The notes beneath the pieces are model-generated. The model saw only the letters and a list, made by a program, of their open reading frames with translations. It was not told the DNA's origin and did not search any database. Below are positions 1-7,733 of a stretch of 32,000 nucleotides of DNA, one piece after another. The first letter of the stretch is position 1, and each line of letters opens with the position of its first letter. The stretch lies in the sequence record CAXMZX020000754.1. One strand, 5' to 3'. A program made the translations under genes and the position numbers.

Positions 1-37
1 GAATAACTACTCTCGATAATAGTCCTAGGAATTTAAT

Positions 38-67
38 TTGACTTGTCAACTAAAATTATATTATAAT
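38..67 (+). promoter_or_regulatory. candidate sigma70/PEP-type promoter upstream of ccsA (TTGACT-N18-TATAAT)
   Basis: TTGACT at 38-43 and TATAAT at 62-67. Such hexamers arise easily by chance in AT-rich DNA. Confidence 0.2.
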
Positions 68-159
68 CATAGATAACCTAGTACTTTGTTTTCATTTTTC
101 TATAATATTAATAATTATTCATAAAATTATTTATAAGAATATAAAAAAGGATATTATAA

Positions 160-1134
160 ATGTCAATTATAAGTGAACATATCAATTGGATTAACAATAG
201 CATATTTATATCTTGTTTTCTTTGCACGTTAACATATTGGAGTATTATATCAATAAGAGATACAGAACTTTTCAGAGGTATAGCAAAAATTACTTCGCGG
301 TTTGCAACTTTAAGTATTTTTCTTCTTTTGATAGACCGTTGGGTTGAGTTTGGATATTTTCCTCTAAGTAATTTATATGAATCATTACTTTTTTTGTCTT
401 GTTTGCTTTTATTTGTCTATCAAGTTTTAGAATACAAAATTGAAAGCCCTGTATTTGGTGGAATTATTTTACCAATAGTTTTATTTATTACAGGTTTTGC
501 AGTTTTTAAGTTACCTCTTGAAATGCAAAAGGCAAGTGCCTTAGTTCCTGCCCTGCAGTCAAATTGGTTAATGATGCATGTTAGTTTAATGATGTTAAGT
601 TATTCTTTATTAATTATTGGATCATCTTTAGCAATTCTTTATTTAGTTGTTATTTTAGAATACGAAAACTATGTACGAACTATGCCAATAAGAACTGAGG
701 CTTTTGAAAAATCTATTCAACAAGAGTTAGGATTAAAAAATAAACAAGAATATTTAAATTTAGGATTAGATATAATTTATAAAGAGGAACAGGATTTTAT
801 CTTAAACGTCCGTACCAATTTTTTATATAATATTGATAGTTGGAGTTTCCGTTCAATAAGTTTAGGTTTTCCTTTTTTAACAATTGGTATAATCGCAGGA
901 GCTGTTTGGGCAAATGAAGCTTGGGGTTCGTATTGGAGTTGGGATCCTAAAGAAACTTGGGCTTTAATTACTTGGTTAAATTTTGCTGCATATTTGCATG
1001 TAAGACTAATAGTCGGACTCAATGGTAAGTCACCCGCTACTATAGGAAGCCTTGGTTTCTTTGTTGTTTGGGTGTGTTACCTTGGAGTTAATTTCTTGGG
1101 CCAAGGCTTACATAGTTATGGTTGGTTTGTATAA
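160..1134 (+). CDS. ccsA: cytochrome c biogenesis protein CcsA (system II heme handling)
   Basis: 324-aa polytopic ORF with the Trp-rich WGSYWSWDPKETWALITW (WWD) motif typical of CcsA/ycf5. Confidence 0.9.
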   Translation: MSIISEHINWINNSIFISCFLCTLTYWSIISIRDTELFRGIAKITSRFATLSIFLLLIDRWVEFGYFPLSNLYESLLFLSCLLLFVYQVLEYKIESPVFGGIILPIVLFITGFAVFKLPLEMQKASALVPALQSNWLMMHVSLMMLSYSLLIIGSSLAILYLVVILEYENYVRTMPIRTEAFEKSIQQELGLKNKQEYLNLGLDIIYKEEQDFILNVRTNFLYNIDSWSFRSISLGFPFLTIGIIAGAVWANEAWGSYWSWDPKETWALITWLNFAAYLHVRLIVGLNGKSPATIGSLGFFVVWVCYLGVNFLGQGLHSYGWFV

Positions 1135-1190
1135 ACGAAAATTTTTAGTTTGCTTCCAATTGCAATAAATTTCCTTTCTTAAATTATTCA

Positions 1191-1238
1191 AAAAGAAAGT
1201 TTAGTCTTGACTTTGTAAATATTTTTAAACTTTCTTTT
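1191..1238 (+). terminator. 3' stem-loop downstream of ccsA (13-bp stem, 22-nt loop)
   Basis: aaaagaaagttta at 1191-1203 is the exact reverse complement of taaactttctttt at 1226-1238. Confidence 0.35.
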
Positions 1239-1520
1239 GTTTGCGATACTCAAGTTCCATGAAGTAATATTATCTAATACAAATCATAGGTTAATAATTT
1301 ATATTATTATAAATTTTACTAAAGGGAATTATAAAAATAGTAGAACAGCCAGCTCGAAGCAATTAGTAAGAGATAAGATTAGGCAAATTTATAGCTCATC
1401 GAGATTTTTAGATATTAATTAAGATAATACCTTCGTATATGCTGTATACTATAATAATATCAACTCTATTTTATTGAATATAATTGTTCGATATTATTTT
1501 TATAAACAGATTAATAAAGT

Positions 1521-1655
1521 ATGGAAATTATATTACTAACAAAATTGCCAGAGTCATACTTAATGTATAGTCCAATTGTAGATATTTTACCAATTATACC
1601 AATTCTTTTCTTATTACTTGCCTTTTTATGGCAAGCTTCAGTTGGTTTTAGATAA
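1521..1655 (+). CDS. psbK: photosystem II protein PsbK (precursor)
   Basis: 44-aa ORF below the track cutoff: [44 protein letters not shown]. It matches the conserved KLPEAY..PIVD..P.IP..F.LLAF.WQA.V.FR pattern. Confidence 0.85.
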   Translation: MEIILLTKLPESYLMYSPIVDILPIIPILFLLLAFLWQASVGFR

Positions 1656-1785
1656 ACGACTAATTATGTAGTAATACCATAATTATTAATAGAAAATTAA
1701 TAACTAAGACAATCTTTATATTGGAAATTGATAAACTTAGCACTCTAATCATTTTAATAATTATTTCTTTGTAATCTATTCTATT

Positions 1786-1899
1786 ATGATTGAACCTCTT
1801 CTTTTTGGTATGGTACTAGGGTTGATCCCTGTAACCCTAATTGGTTTATTTGCTGCAGCTTTTTTACAATATCGTCGTGGAAACAAACTTGGTTTATAA
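1786..1899 (+). CDS. petG: cytochrome b6f subunit PetG
   Basis: 37-aa [40 protein letters not shown], near-identical in pattern to known PetG. Confidence 0.9.
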   Translation: MIEPLLFGMVLGLIPVTLIGLFAAAFLQYRRGNKLGL

Positions 1900-1929
1900 A
1901 TAAAAATAGATTCCATTTTCTATTTTTAT
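1900..1929 (+). terminator. 3' stem-loop immediately after the petG stop (11-bp stem)
   Basis: ataaaaataga (1900-1910) pairs with tctatttttat (1919-1929). Confidence 0.4.
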
Positions 1930-2051
1930 ATAGATATTAAACTTTAAGAATAAGCTTCACAAGAATTTTTAGTGAAACTTAAGACTAAGTAAGAATAGAA
2001 ATCTAACTTTTTGATCAAATTTTTTTAAATTGATTTTAAAACAGAATATAA

Positions 2052-2091
2052 ATAGTATTTTAAAAGTTTTTAAGAAGTTTTAAAATACTAT
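2052..2091 (-). terminator. 14-bp inverted repeat downstream (minus sense) of the ORF-free island
   Basis: atagtattttaaaa at 2052-2065 pairs with ttttaaaatactat at 2078-2091. Strand assignment is inferred from the neighbouring minus-strand genes. Confidence 0.25.
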
Positions 2092-2158
2092 ATAACAGAA
2101 GTAAAAAATTTCTCGTCAATAAGAGAATATGAATATAAATTTTTTTGATAATGCACCT

Positions 2159-2580
2159 ACCCTAAACCGCCCCGACCGGAAGAGTCTCTTGACTTCATTC
2201 CAATTGTAATAATAGCATTTTAGTAGATAATTTGTGTATAGCGTGATGAACTATTTTTCTAGTTTGCTTTGGGATTAGTACTATTTTAGGGACAAGTAGA
2301 GTGGTTTATCCCTGAACGTCATTAGTACCAGGCGCATTAGATTTCCTTAGTTAGACCTTATCAGTTTTTAACTCCAAAAGCTTTCGATAAACAAGCTAAA
2401 TATTCCTTAGGTGTAACCAATTATTACTCTTTTAGTAGAGCTTCTAGAAGTAGCTGCAGGTGTTAGTACTTATAAAACTTTCTTTGGAACTAAATTATAA
2501 CCGTTCAATTCCAAAAAAGTTTTATACGTACTATTTTCAGTACTATTTTTCTTCTCATAATGAGGGATTTCGCTTGGGTT
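2159..2580 (-). ncRNA. rnpB: candidate structured RNA, possibly a divergent AT-rich RNase P RNA
   Basis: About 420 nt with no ORF on either strand and locally GC-richer patches. On the minus strand, segments resembling bacterial RNase P RNA motifs occur in colinear order: AAAGAGUAAUAAUUGG, GAUAAGGUCUAAC, GGAUAAACCAC, AAAGCAAACUAGAAAAAUAGUUCAU and GGAAUGAAGUC. The termini can pair (ACCCAAGC with GCGGUUUAGGGU). I could not fold a convincing P4 helix, so this stays tentative. Confidence 0.35.
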
Positions 2581-2635
2581 TATAAATTTATTGTTCTATT
2601 AATTTAAAACTCGTTTTTCTAGTATTTTTAATTGC

Positions 2636-2830
2636 TCAACAAACTAGCATCTTTCTTATTGCTTTTGTATCCGGTTTACTTACTACAACAAGCTTGGCTA
2701 AATTTTTTTTTTGCTTCGGTGATTTTTTTTCTAAAAGATGACCTTTAAAAGCTTTACGTCTAACAAATCGTTTGCCTGCAATAATTTTATAACGCTTTTT
2801 TGTAGCTTTTCGTACTTTAAGTTTTGGCAT
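2636..2830 (-). CDS. rpl35: 50S ribosomal protein L35
   Basis: 64-aa basic ORF MPKLKVRKATKKRYKIIAGKRFVRRKAFKGHLL..., the canonical L35 N-terminus. It ends in a TGA stop. Confidence 0.9.
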   Translation of the reverse strand: MPKLKVRKATKKRYKIIAGKRFVRRKAFKGHLLEKKSPKQKKNLAKLVVVSKPDTKAIRKMLVC

Positions 2831-2927
2831 GATTAGTTTTATAATGTATATATTTTATATCATGATTGGAAAATTTTATATCAATTGTCATGAGCTAACA
2901 CTACGTTTTTTTTTACAACGACCTTTT

Positions 2928-3488
2928 TTAAAGAGAAATCGTATCATCCCCAGGTTCCCAATCACTAGGGCAAACCTCATCAGGGTTTTCTGTTATATAT
3001 TGGATTGCTTGTAAAATTCTTAAAGTTTCATCCACACTACGTCCAAAAGATAAATTGTTTGTTGTTGAATACTGAATAATACCTTTTTTATCGATAATAA
3101 ATAAACCTCGTAAAGCAACTCCTGAGTGGTGCAAAATATTATATGATTCACTAATTTCTTTCTTTATGTCAGAAACTAACGGATACTGTAAAAGTCCGAC
3201 TCCCCCATCTTCTCTTTTAGTTTGTGTCCATAATAAATGTGAATACTCACTGTCAATAGAAACGCCTAAAACTTCCGTATCCAAAGAACTAAATTCTTTA
3301 AAACGATCACTAAATGCTGTTATTTCAGTTGGGCATACAAAAGTAAAATTTAATGGATAAAAAAATAGGACAACATACTTTTTTTTACGATAATCTGATA
3401 ACCGAATATTATAACTTTCCTCATCATAAATTGCTACTGTTTCAAAGTCTGGGGCTAGTTTTCCTACTTGTAAATTATTATTATTCAT
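2928..3488 (-). CDS. ycf42: 2-Cys peroxiredoxin (thiol-specific antioxidant, ycf42 type)
   Basis: 186-aa ORF with the peroxidatic FTFVCPTEI motif and a C-terminal resolving Cys (EVCPSDW). AAGGA lies upstream of the ATG. Confidence 0.9.
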   Translation of the reverse strand: MNNNNLQVGKLAPDFETVAIYDEESYNIRLSDYRKKKYVVLFFYPLNFTFVCPTEITAFSDRFKEFSSLDTEVLGVSIDSEYSHLLWTQTKREDGGVGLLQYPLVSDIKKEISESYNILHHSGVALRGLFIIDKKGIIQYSTTNNLSFGRSVDETLRILQAIQYITENPDEVCPSDWEPGDDTISL

Positions 3489-3626
3489 AATAATATTTCC
3501 TTTATTAATTATAATAAATAAGCTTTAGCTTTTTCTTTTTATTCCAAAACAATAAATCTATATTGTCTTAGAATAATTTATTAATGTTCTTTAGATCAGG
3601 TTTAAAAAAATCGTTAAAATCTGTTA

Positions 3627-4712
3627 TTAATATATAGTATTCCAATATTTTTGAGAATCTAAAGGTTTCATAAGAATCATTTGTAATAAGTTTGTTATAA
3701 TAACCCAATAATTAGAACCACGTTGGAAAAAGTTTAGAATATTTTGTCCAATATGACCATAATGATCTTGTTCTTTTTCATCTACTTTGACTAGAGCTAG
3801 ATTAGCCTGAGCACATCTATCTAAATATTTGAAGAAATTTGGATGATCAACATTTAAAATAATAGGGAATAAACGACCAGCACTTTGGTTTGTCTTTTTG
3901 ATAACATGAATATCAAATTTTCGAGCATCTAAGCCAAGAGTTGCATAAAAACTACTTCGTTGTAAATCATTTAAGTACATTGTTGCAAAAACAGATAATA
4001 AGAAAAATCTACACCATAGTTTGGCGATAGTTGTATTTAATAATTCTGGTTGTGATTTTAAAATAGCAGCAAAGAAATCTCCATGTCGATTTTCATCTTG
4101 ACACCAACTTTCAAAAAATCTAAATATTGGATATATGCGATATTCAGGATTTTTTTCTAAATGACGATAAATTGTAATATAGCGCCAGTAACCAATTTTT
4201 TCTGATAGATACGTAGCATAAAAAATAAACTTCGGAGAAAAGAAGGTATATTTACGACTTTTAGTTAAAAACCCTAAATCCAAAGTTAAATTAAAGTCAC
4301 TCATTGATTTATTTAAAAACCCTGCATGTCTTGCTTCATCTCTAGACATAAAAGCAAATCCTTCAGCTAACAAAGGATTTTTCGTTTTTAGATTTCGTGA
4401 CAATTCTTTATATAATAAAAACCCTGAAAATTCAGCTGTACATGATCGCTCTAAAAATTCTGTAATAAGAGATTTAGTACGTTTGTCAAAATGCGTCCAA
4501 GATTGATTAAATTCTTGATCACGGATGAAATGGTGCTGATTATAATCTACACGAAATTCTTCTATTATGGCTTCAAGTTCTGCTTTATTCGATTCGACAT
4601 TTAATTTAGCCATTGCTTCGAAATCTGTAGTATAAAATCTTGGCGTAAGTAAAGATTCACTAGCAGGTGTTTTTGTTTTTACTATGTGTTCATCATTTTT
4701 AGTTGTAGTCAT
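3627..4712 (-). CDS. acsF: Mg-protoporphyrin IX monomethyl ester oxidative cyclase (AcsF/CHL27/ycf59)
   Basis: 361-aa ORF with paired di-iron carboxylate motifs ([10 protein letters not shown] and QDENRHGDF) and overall AcsF-like sequence. Confidence 0.9.
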   Translation of the reverse strand: MTTTKNDEHIVKTKTPASESLLTPRFYTTDFEAMAKLNVESNKAELEAIIEEFRVDYNQHHFIRDQEFNQSWTHFDKRTKSLITEFLERSCTAEFSGFLLYKELSRNLKTKNPLLAEGFAFMSRDEARHAGFLNKSMSDFNLTLDLGFLTKSRKYTFFSPKFIFYATYLSEKIGYWRYITIYRHLEKNPEYRIYPIFRFFESWCQDENRHGDFFAAILKSQPELLNTTIAKLWCRFFLLSVFATMYLNDLQRSSFYATLGLDARKFDIHVIKKTNQSAGRLFPIILNVDHPNFFKYLDRCAQANLALVKVDEKEQDHYGHIGQNILNFFQRGSNYWVIITNLLQMILMKPLDSQKYWNTIY

Positions 4713-4868
4713 AGATTTAATCCTTAATATAAATAAATTCTTTGATGGTTAGTACTTTTCTTAATTCTAAGATTTAAATAATTTTTATTTAAAATAATTG
4801 AACCTCTTATACTAAGATCTTCTAAACTAGAGGTTGTACCATTTATTTTAACCAATTGATTTTTATAA

Positions 4869-4890
4869 TTAATCCATAATTCACCTCCTT
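4869..4890 (-). promoter_or_regulatory. consensus Shine-Dalgarno (AAGGAGGTGA) plus 2-codon mini-ORF ATG-GAT-TAA in the acsF leader
   Basis: Plus-strand tcacctcctt at 4881-4890 equals AAGGAGGTGA on the minus strand. The ATG at 4877-4875 lies 6 nt after GGAGG and is followed by GAT TAA (to 4869). Confidence 0.3.
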
Positions 4891-5071
4891 ATTTAATAGT
4901 ACCCTTATTATAGTATATTATATAACAATTTAAGAAGAAAGAAACATTTTAGAAAATTCCTATTTAAACTTAAATTATGTATAACATTAAATTGATTTTG
5001 ACGTAGATATAAATAAAGGTATACAATAAAAACTATATTGATTATATTTTTTCAAAAATTAAGGAATAATA

Positions 5072-5161
5072 ATGGATATAATTAGTTTAGGTTGGGCTAC
5101 CATCATGATGATATTTACGTTTTCTCTCTCATTAGTTGTGTGGGGTCGTAATGGGTTTTAA
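5072..5161 (+). CDS. petN: cytochrome b6f subunit PetN (ycf6)
   Basis: 29-aa [32 protein letters not shown] matches the PetN consensus. AAGGA lies 6 nt upstream. Confidence 0.9.
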   Translation: MDIISLGWATIMMIFTFSLSLVVWGRNGF

Positions 5162-5196
5162 AGTCATATAATTTAAGTATAAGGATATAATAATTT

Positions 5197-5295
5197 ATGG
5201 GTGGAGAAATTTTATCAATTAGTATTTTATGCTTTAGTATGGTAATTATTGGATTATCTCTTGGGTTTCTACTATTAAAAGTGCAAGGAGAATAA
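5197..5295 (+). CDS. petM: cytochrome b6f subunit PetM (ycf31)
   Basis: 32-aa ORF MGGEILSISILCFSMVIIGLSLGFLLLKVQGE. It has the PetM-like single TM and the GF.LLK.QG.E tail, and sits next to petN. Confidence 0.8.
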   Translation: MGGEILSISILCFSMVIIGLSLGFLLLKVQGE

Positions 5296-5334
5296 ATTTA
5301 CTAATGCAATTATAATTGCATTAGTAAATTTATT
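5291..5334 (+). terminator. perfect 44-nt palindrome overlapping the petM stop codon
   Basis: aataaatttactaatgcaatta / taattgcattagtaaatttatt are exact reverse complements. The petM TAA is at 5293-5295. Confidence 0.5.
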
Positions 5335-5520
5335 AAAAAGCAAACTAGTATAAGGTATATGACAATTTTTTGTTTTATTAATATTACTTAGTTTTCGATA
5401 CAAAGCTAAGAGCTATCTAAAAAAAAATTTATTTTATAGTTATCCTAATTATTTAGAAATACCCTCTAATACTTTAGAAGTAACTTCATTGTACTATTAA
5501 CTATTTAAATTTATTTTACT

Positions 5521-5751
5521 ATGAACTATACAAAAATTTTTGGTGTATTCTCAATATTAATTAATACATTATTGATTTTAATTATCCTCATCAAGAGCCC
5601 TAATGAGCAAAGTTTACAAGAAAACTTAGAATCATTTAAGTTTTTTAAAAGTTCTAAACAGGCTGAAAGTTCAATTAACAAATTAATTCAAGTATTGACT
5701 ATTTCCTACTTTATAATAGCTTTATGTTATGTTATTCAAAGTTATTTCTAA
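5521..5751 (+). CDS. secG: preprotein translocase subunit SecG-like (ycf47)
   Basis: 76-aa ORF with two hydrophobic helices separated by a polar loop (LIKSPNEQ...). Size and topology fit plastid SecG/ycf47; the call rests on recollection of the family. Confidence 0.55.
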   Translation: MNYTKIFGVFSILINTLLILIILIKSPNEQSLQENLESFKFFKSSKQAESSINKLIQVLTISYFIIALCYVIQSYF

Positions 5752-5847
5752 TAGCCCATATTTAATAACTAGTATATAATCAAGCAATGGTTTAACAAAA
5801 AATTATTGGGATAGTTTAATCATTTTTAAACTTACTATAACAATTTA

Positions 5848-6245
5848 GGGGCTGTGTTGGTTTCGACATTTAAAATTATAATAGTTACTAAGCAGATTTA
5901 AGTCTTAGAATATAAAATAATTGCAAACAACATTATGAGCTTTAATAAAAACCAAGTTTTTGCATAAAATACTTGAGTTTTAATATCAATCAATTTTATA
6001 ATTGTTGATTGAAATAGGTAGAAGATTATTTTTTCTCTTAAATTTTAGTTTTGGTAATTTTACTATCAGTAAAATATAATATTTATAAAATAAATATAAA
6101 TCGATCAATATTTTTGCTACCAATCTGTTTTTAATAGTTTTAAGCTTATTTTAGCTAAGCAGATTGATAACTAAATCTGTGATTTTAGTACTTAGTTTGA
6201 TAATTTTTTAAATGGACGTGGGTTCAAATCCCACCAGCTCCTCCA
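5848..6245 (+). ncRNA. ssrA: tmRNA (transfer-messenger RNA)
   Basis: The 5' end GGGGCUGUGUUGGUUUCGAC pairs with the 3' CAGCUCC. A tRNA-like T arm GUGGG-UUCAAAU-CCCAC is followed by UCCA. The internal tag ORF GCA...TAA (5923-5967) encodes ANNIMSFNKNQVFA. Confidence 0.85.
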
Positions 6246-6414
6246 TACTACCTTTAAGTAATCGTGTTAAGTATGTTTTTTTTTCTTTTAGAATCTTTAA
6301 TTACTCTAGTTAGCTAAGCTAGCTTTGTGTACCTATACTTTATGAAAATCTAAAATAATACTAATAGAAATAAGAAAGATGTTAGTTTATTAAGCTATAA
6401 AAATACTAATACTA

Positions 6415-6765
6415 ATGGTTAGAGTTAAACGTGGAAATGTAGCTAGGAAGCGCAGAAATAAAATCTTAAAACTTGCAAAAGGTTTTTGTGCAGCTCATTC
6501 AAGCTTATTTCGTATTGCAAACCAACAAGTAATAAAAAGTTTGCTATATGCGTATACAGGTAGAAAAAAGAAAAAAAGAGTTTTTCGTCAATTATGGATA
6601 ACAAGAATTAATGCGGCAGCTAAAAATTATAACTTGAAATATAATGAGTTTATGCATAATTTAAAAAGATCTAAAGTTCTTTTAAATCGCAAAATGTTAT
6701 CACAATTAGCTATTTTAGATCCCCCAGCTTTTTCAGCTTTAATTTTAGCAACTAAGTCTAAGTAA
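6415..6765 (+). CDS. rpl20: 50S ribosomal protein L20
   Basis: 116-aa [27 protein letters not shown]..., a canonical L20. Confidence 0.95.
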   Translation: MVRVKRGNVARKRRNKILKLAKGFCAAHSSLFRIANQQVIKSLLYAYTGRKKKKRVFRQLWITRINAAAKNYNLKYNEFMHNLKRSKVLLNRKMLSQLAILDPPAFSALILATKSK

Positions 6766-7056
6766 AAAGCTAGCTTATTCAATAATATAAAGCTGTAATC
6801 TTTTATGCATTTGACTTTTAATATAAAAGTATATTACGATACGACTATAAAATTTTTTTATCTAACTCGGAGTAAAAAATATTATTATCTAGTATAAGTT
6901 CCGCTAGAAAATAAATATTTTTAAGTTTCGAAGAAATAAATTCTTGAACTTTAAAATCAAATGATAATATTTTATTACTTTCTTAATTGTAAACTTATAA
7001 AAATTTATTTAATAGGCATAAGCCATATAATTATTCTTTTGGCTAAGTTAAAAAAC

Positions 7057-7085
7057 TTATATTTATCGTCGCACGATAAATATAA
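7057..7085 (+). terminator. 13-bp stem-loop about 40 nt upstream of the atypical tRNA
   Basis: ttatatttatcgt (7057-7069), loop cgc, acgataaatataa (7073-7085). Confidence 0.25.
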
Positions 7086-7127
7086 ACTAATCTCTAAGTT
7101 TTATATATTTATTTCATATAACTTTTA

Positions 7128-7213
7128 GCATCTGTGGCCGAGTGGTTGAAGGCAGCGGACTCATAATCCGTATTCTTTTTAGAACATCGCTGGTTCGAAC
7201 CCAGCCAGATGCA
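7128..7213 (+). tRNA. trnI: tRNA with CAU anticodon and a class-II-like 17-nt variable arm; probably tRNA-Ile(CAU, lysidine type)
   Basis: Cloverleaf read by eye. Acceptor GCAUCUG/CAGAUGC, D arm GCC-GAGUGGUUGAA-GGC, anticodon stem GCGGA/UCCGU, loop CUCAUAA. Variable region AUUCUUUUUAGAACAUC with a UUCU/AGAA stem, T arm GCUGG-UUCGAAC-CCAGC, discriminator A. The acceptor and D arm resemble plastid trnI(CAU). Confidence 0.7.
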
Positions 7214-7215
7214 AA

Positions 7216-7611
7216 TTATTTAACTTTTTTAAATCTTTGCTTTAAACGGCCTGCTTTACCTATAATATCACGTAAGTAATATAACTTTGACTTGCTTACA
7301 CGCGAAGATTTAATTACTTTAATAGAGGCAAATTTAGGGGAATTTACTAAAAATGCTCGTTCAACCCCAATACCCTGAAATACTTTTCTAACAGATATTG
7401 TAAAGTTGATACAACTTTTGCTTTTTGCAAGAATAATACCCTCATAAAATTGAACTCTCTCTTTATTTCCTTCTTCTACAAAAATCCCAATTTTTACTGT
7501 ATCTCCAACAAATAATTTTTTTAAATTTTTTTTAATATAGACTTTTTCAACAGATTCAATAAATCTATTATTTGTAAACTTCTCAATAGTAATTAAATTT
7601 CTAAAAATCAT
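7216..7611 (-). CDS. rpl19: 50S ribosomal protein L19
   Basis: 131-aa ORF with the L19 core ...VGDTVKIGIFVEEGNKERVQFYEGIILA...GVERAF. Confidence 0.9.
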   Translation of the reverse strand: MIFRNLITIEKFTNNRFIESVEKVYIKKNLKKLFVGDTVKIGIFVEEGNKERVQFYEGIILAKSKSCINFTISVRKVFQGIGVERAFLVNSPKFASIKVIKSSRVSKSKLYYLRDIIGKAGRLKQRFKKVK

Positions 7612-7650
7612 TAGTCTTTTGTTCCTTAATAGATATATATTATTTTTTCT

Positions 7651-7695
7651 TTAATCAATATCATTTAGCTATTCTAGCCTATTGATATTGATTAA
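7651..7695 (-). terminator. 13-bp inverted repeat between orf60 and rpl19
   Basis: ttaatcaatatca (7651-7663) pairs with tgatattgattaa (7683-7695), with an inner gcta/tagc pairing. Confidence 0.35.
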
Positions 7696-7733
7696 ACCTG
7701 TGTTCAGTTTTTTAAATTAATAAAGAATTCTAA

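Noticed and set aside
777-1022. Antisense or overlapping track ORFs. They are 777-1022, 2829-3014, 3166-3360, 16388-16570, 20123-20326, 20732-21019, 21400-21600, 23916-24131, 26765-27088, 28362-28610 and 29022-29330.
   Set aside because: Each overlaps a confidently identified gene on the other strand or in another frame, and none shows a recognisable family signature.
1237-1422. 61-aa plus-strand ORF in the ccsA-psbK spacer
   Set aside because: Its start lies inside the ccsA 3' hairpin, it has no SD-like motif, and the product is Ile/Asn/Lys-rich with no motif. It is most likely a chance ORF in AT-rich spacer.
2172-2186. GACC-GGAA-GAGUC hairpin as a possible SRP RNA (ffs) domain IV
   Set aside because: A GGAA tetraloop is present, but the flanking conserved symmetric and asymmetric loop nucleotides (the AGCA and GGAA-GCAGCC context) are absent. 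The stem is only about 4 bp.
5782-5795. The 14-mer aagcaatggtttaa is repeated at 12716-12729, upstream of ssrA and dnaK respectively
   Set aside because: A single 14-nt match within 32 kb of AT-rich sequence is roughly what chance predicts, and the flanks do not extend the match.
7128-7213. The long-arm tRNA as a selenocysteine or stop-codon suppressor tRNA, or evidence of a variant genetic code
   Set aside because: The anticodon reads CAU in a canonical CUCAUAA loop, not UCA, CUA or UUA. The acceptor and T stems are 7/5 rather than the 8/5 of tRNA-Sec. All conserved genes translate at full length with the standard code, and TGA is used as a stop in rpl35 and ycf60.
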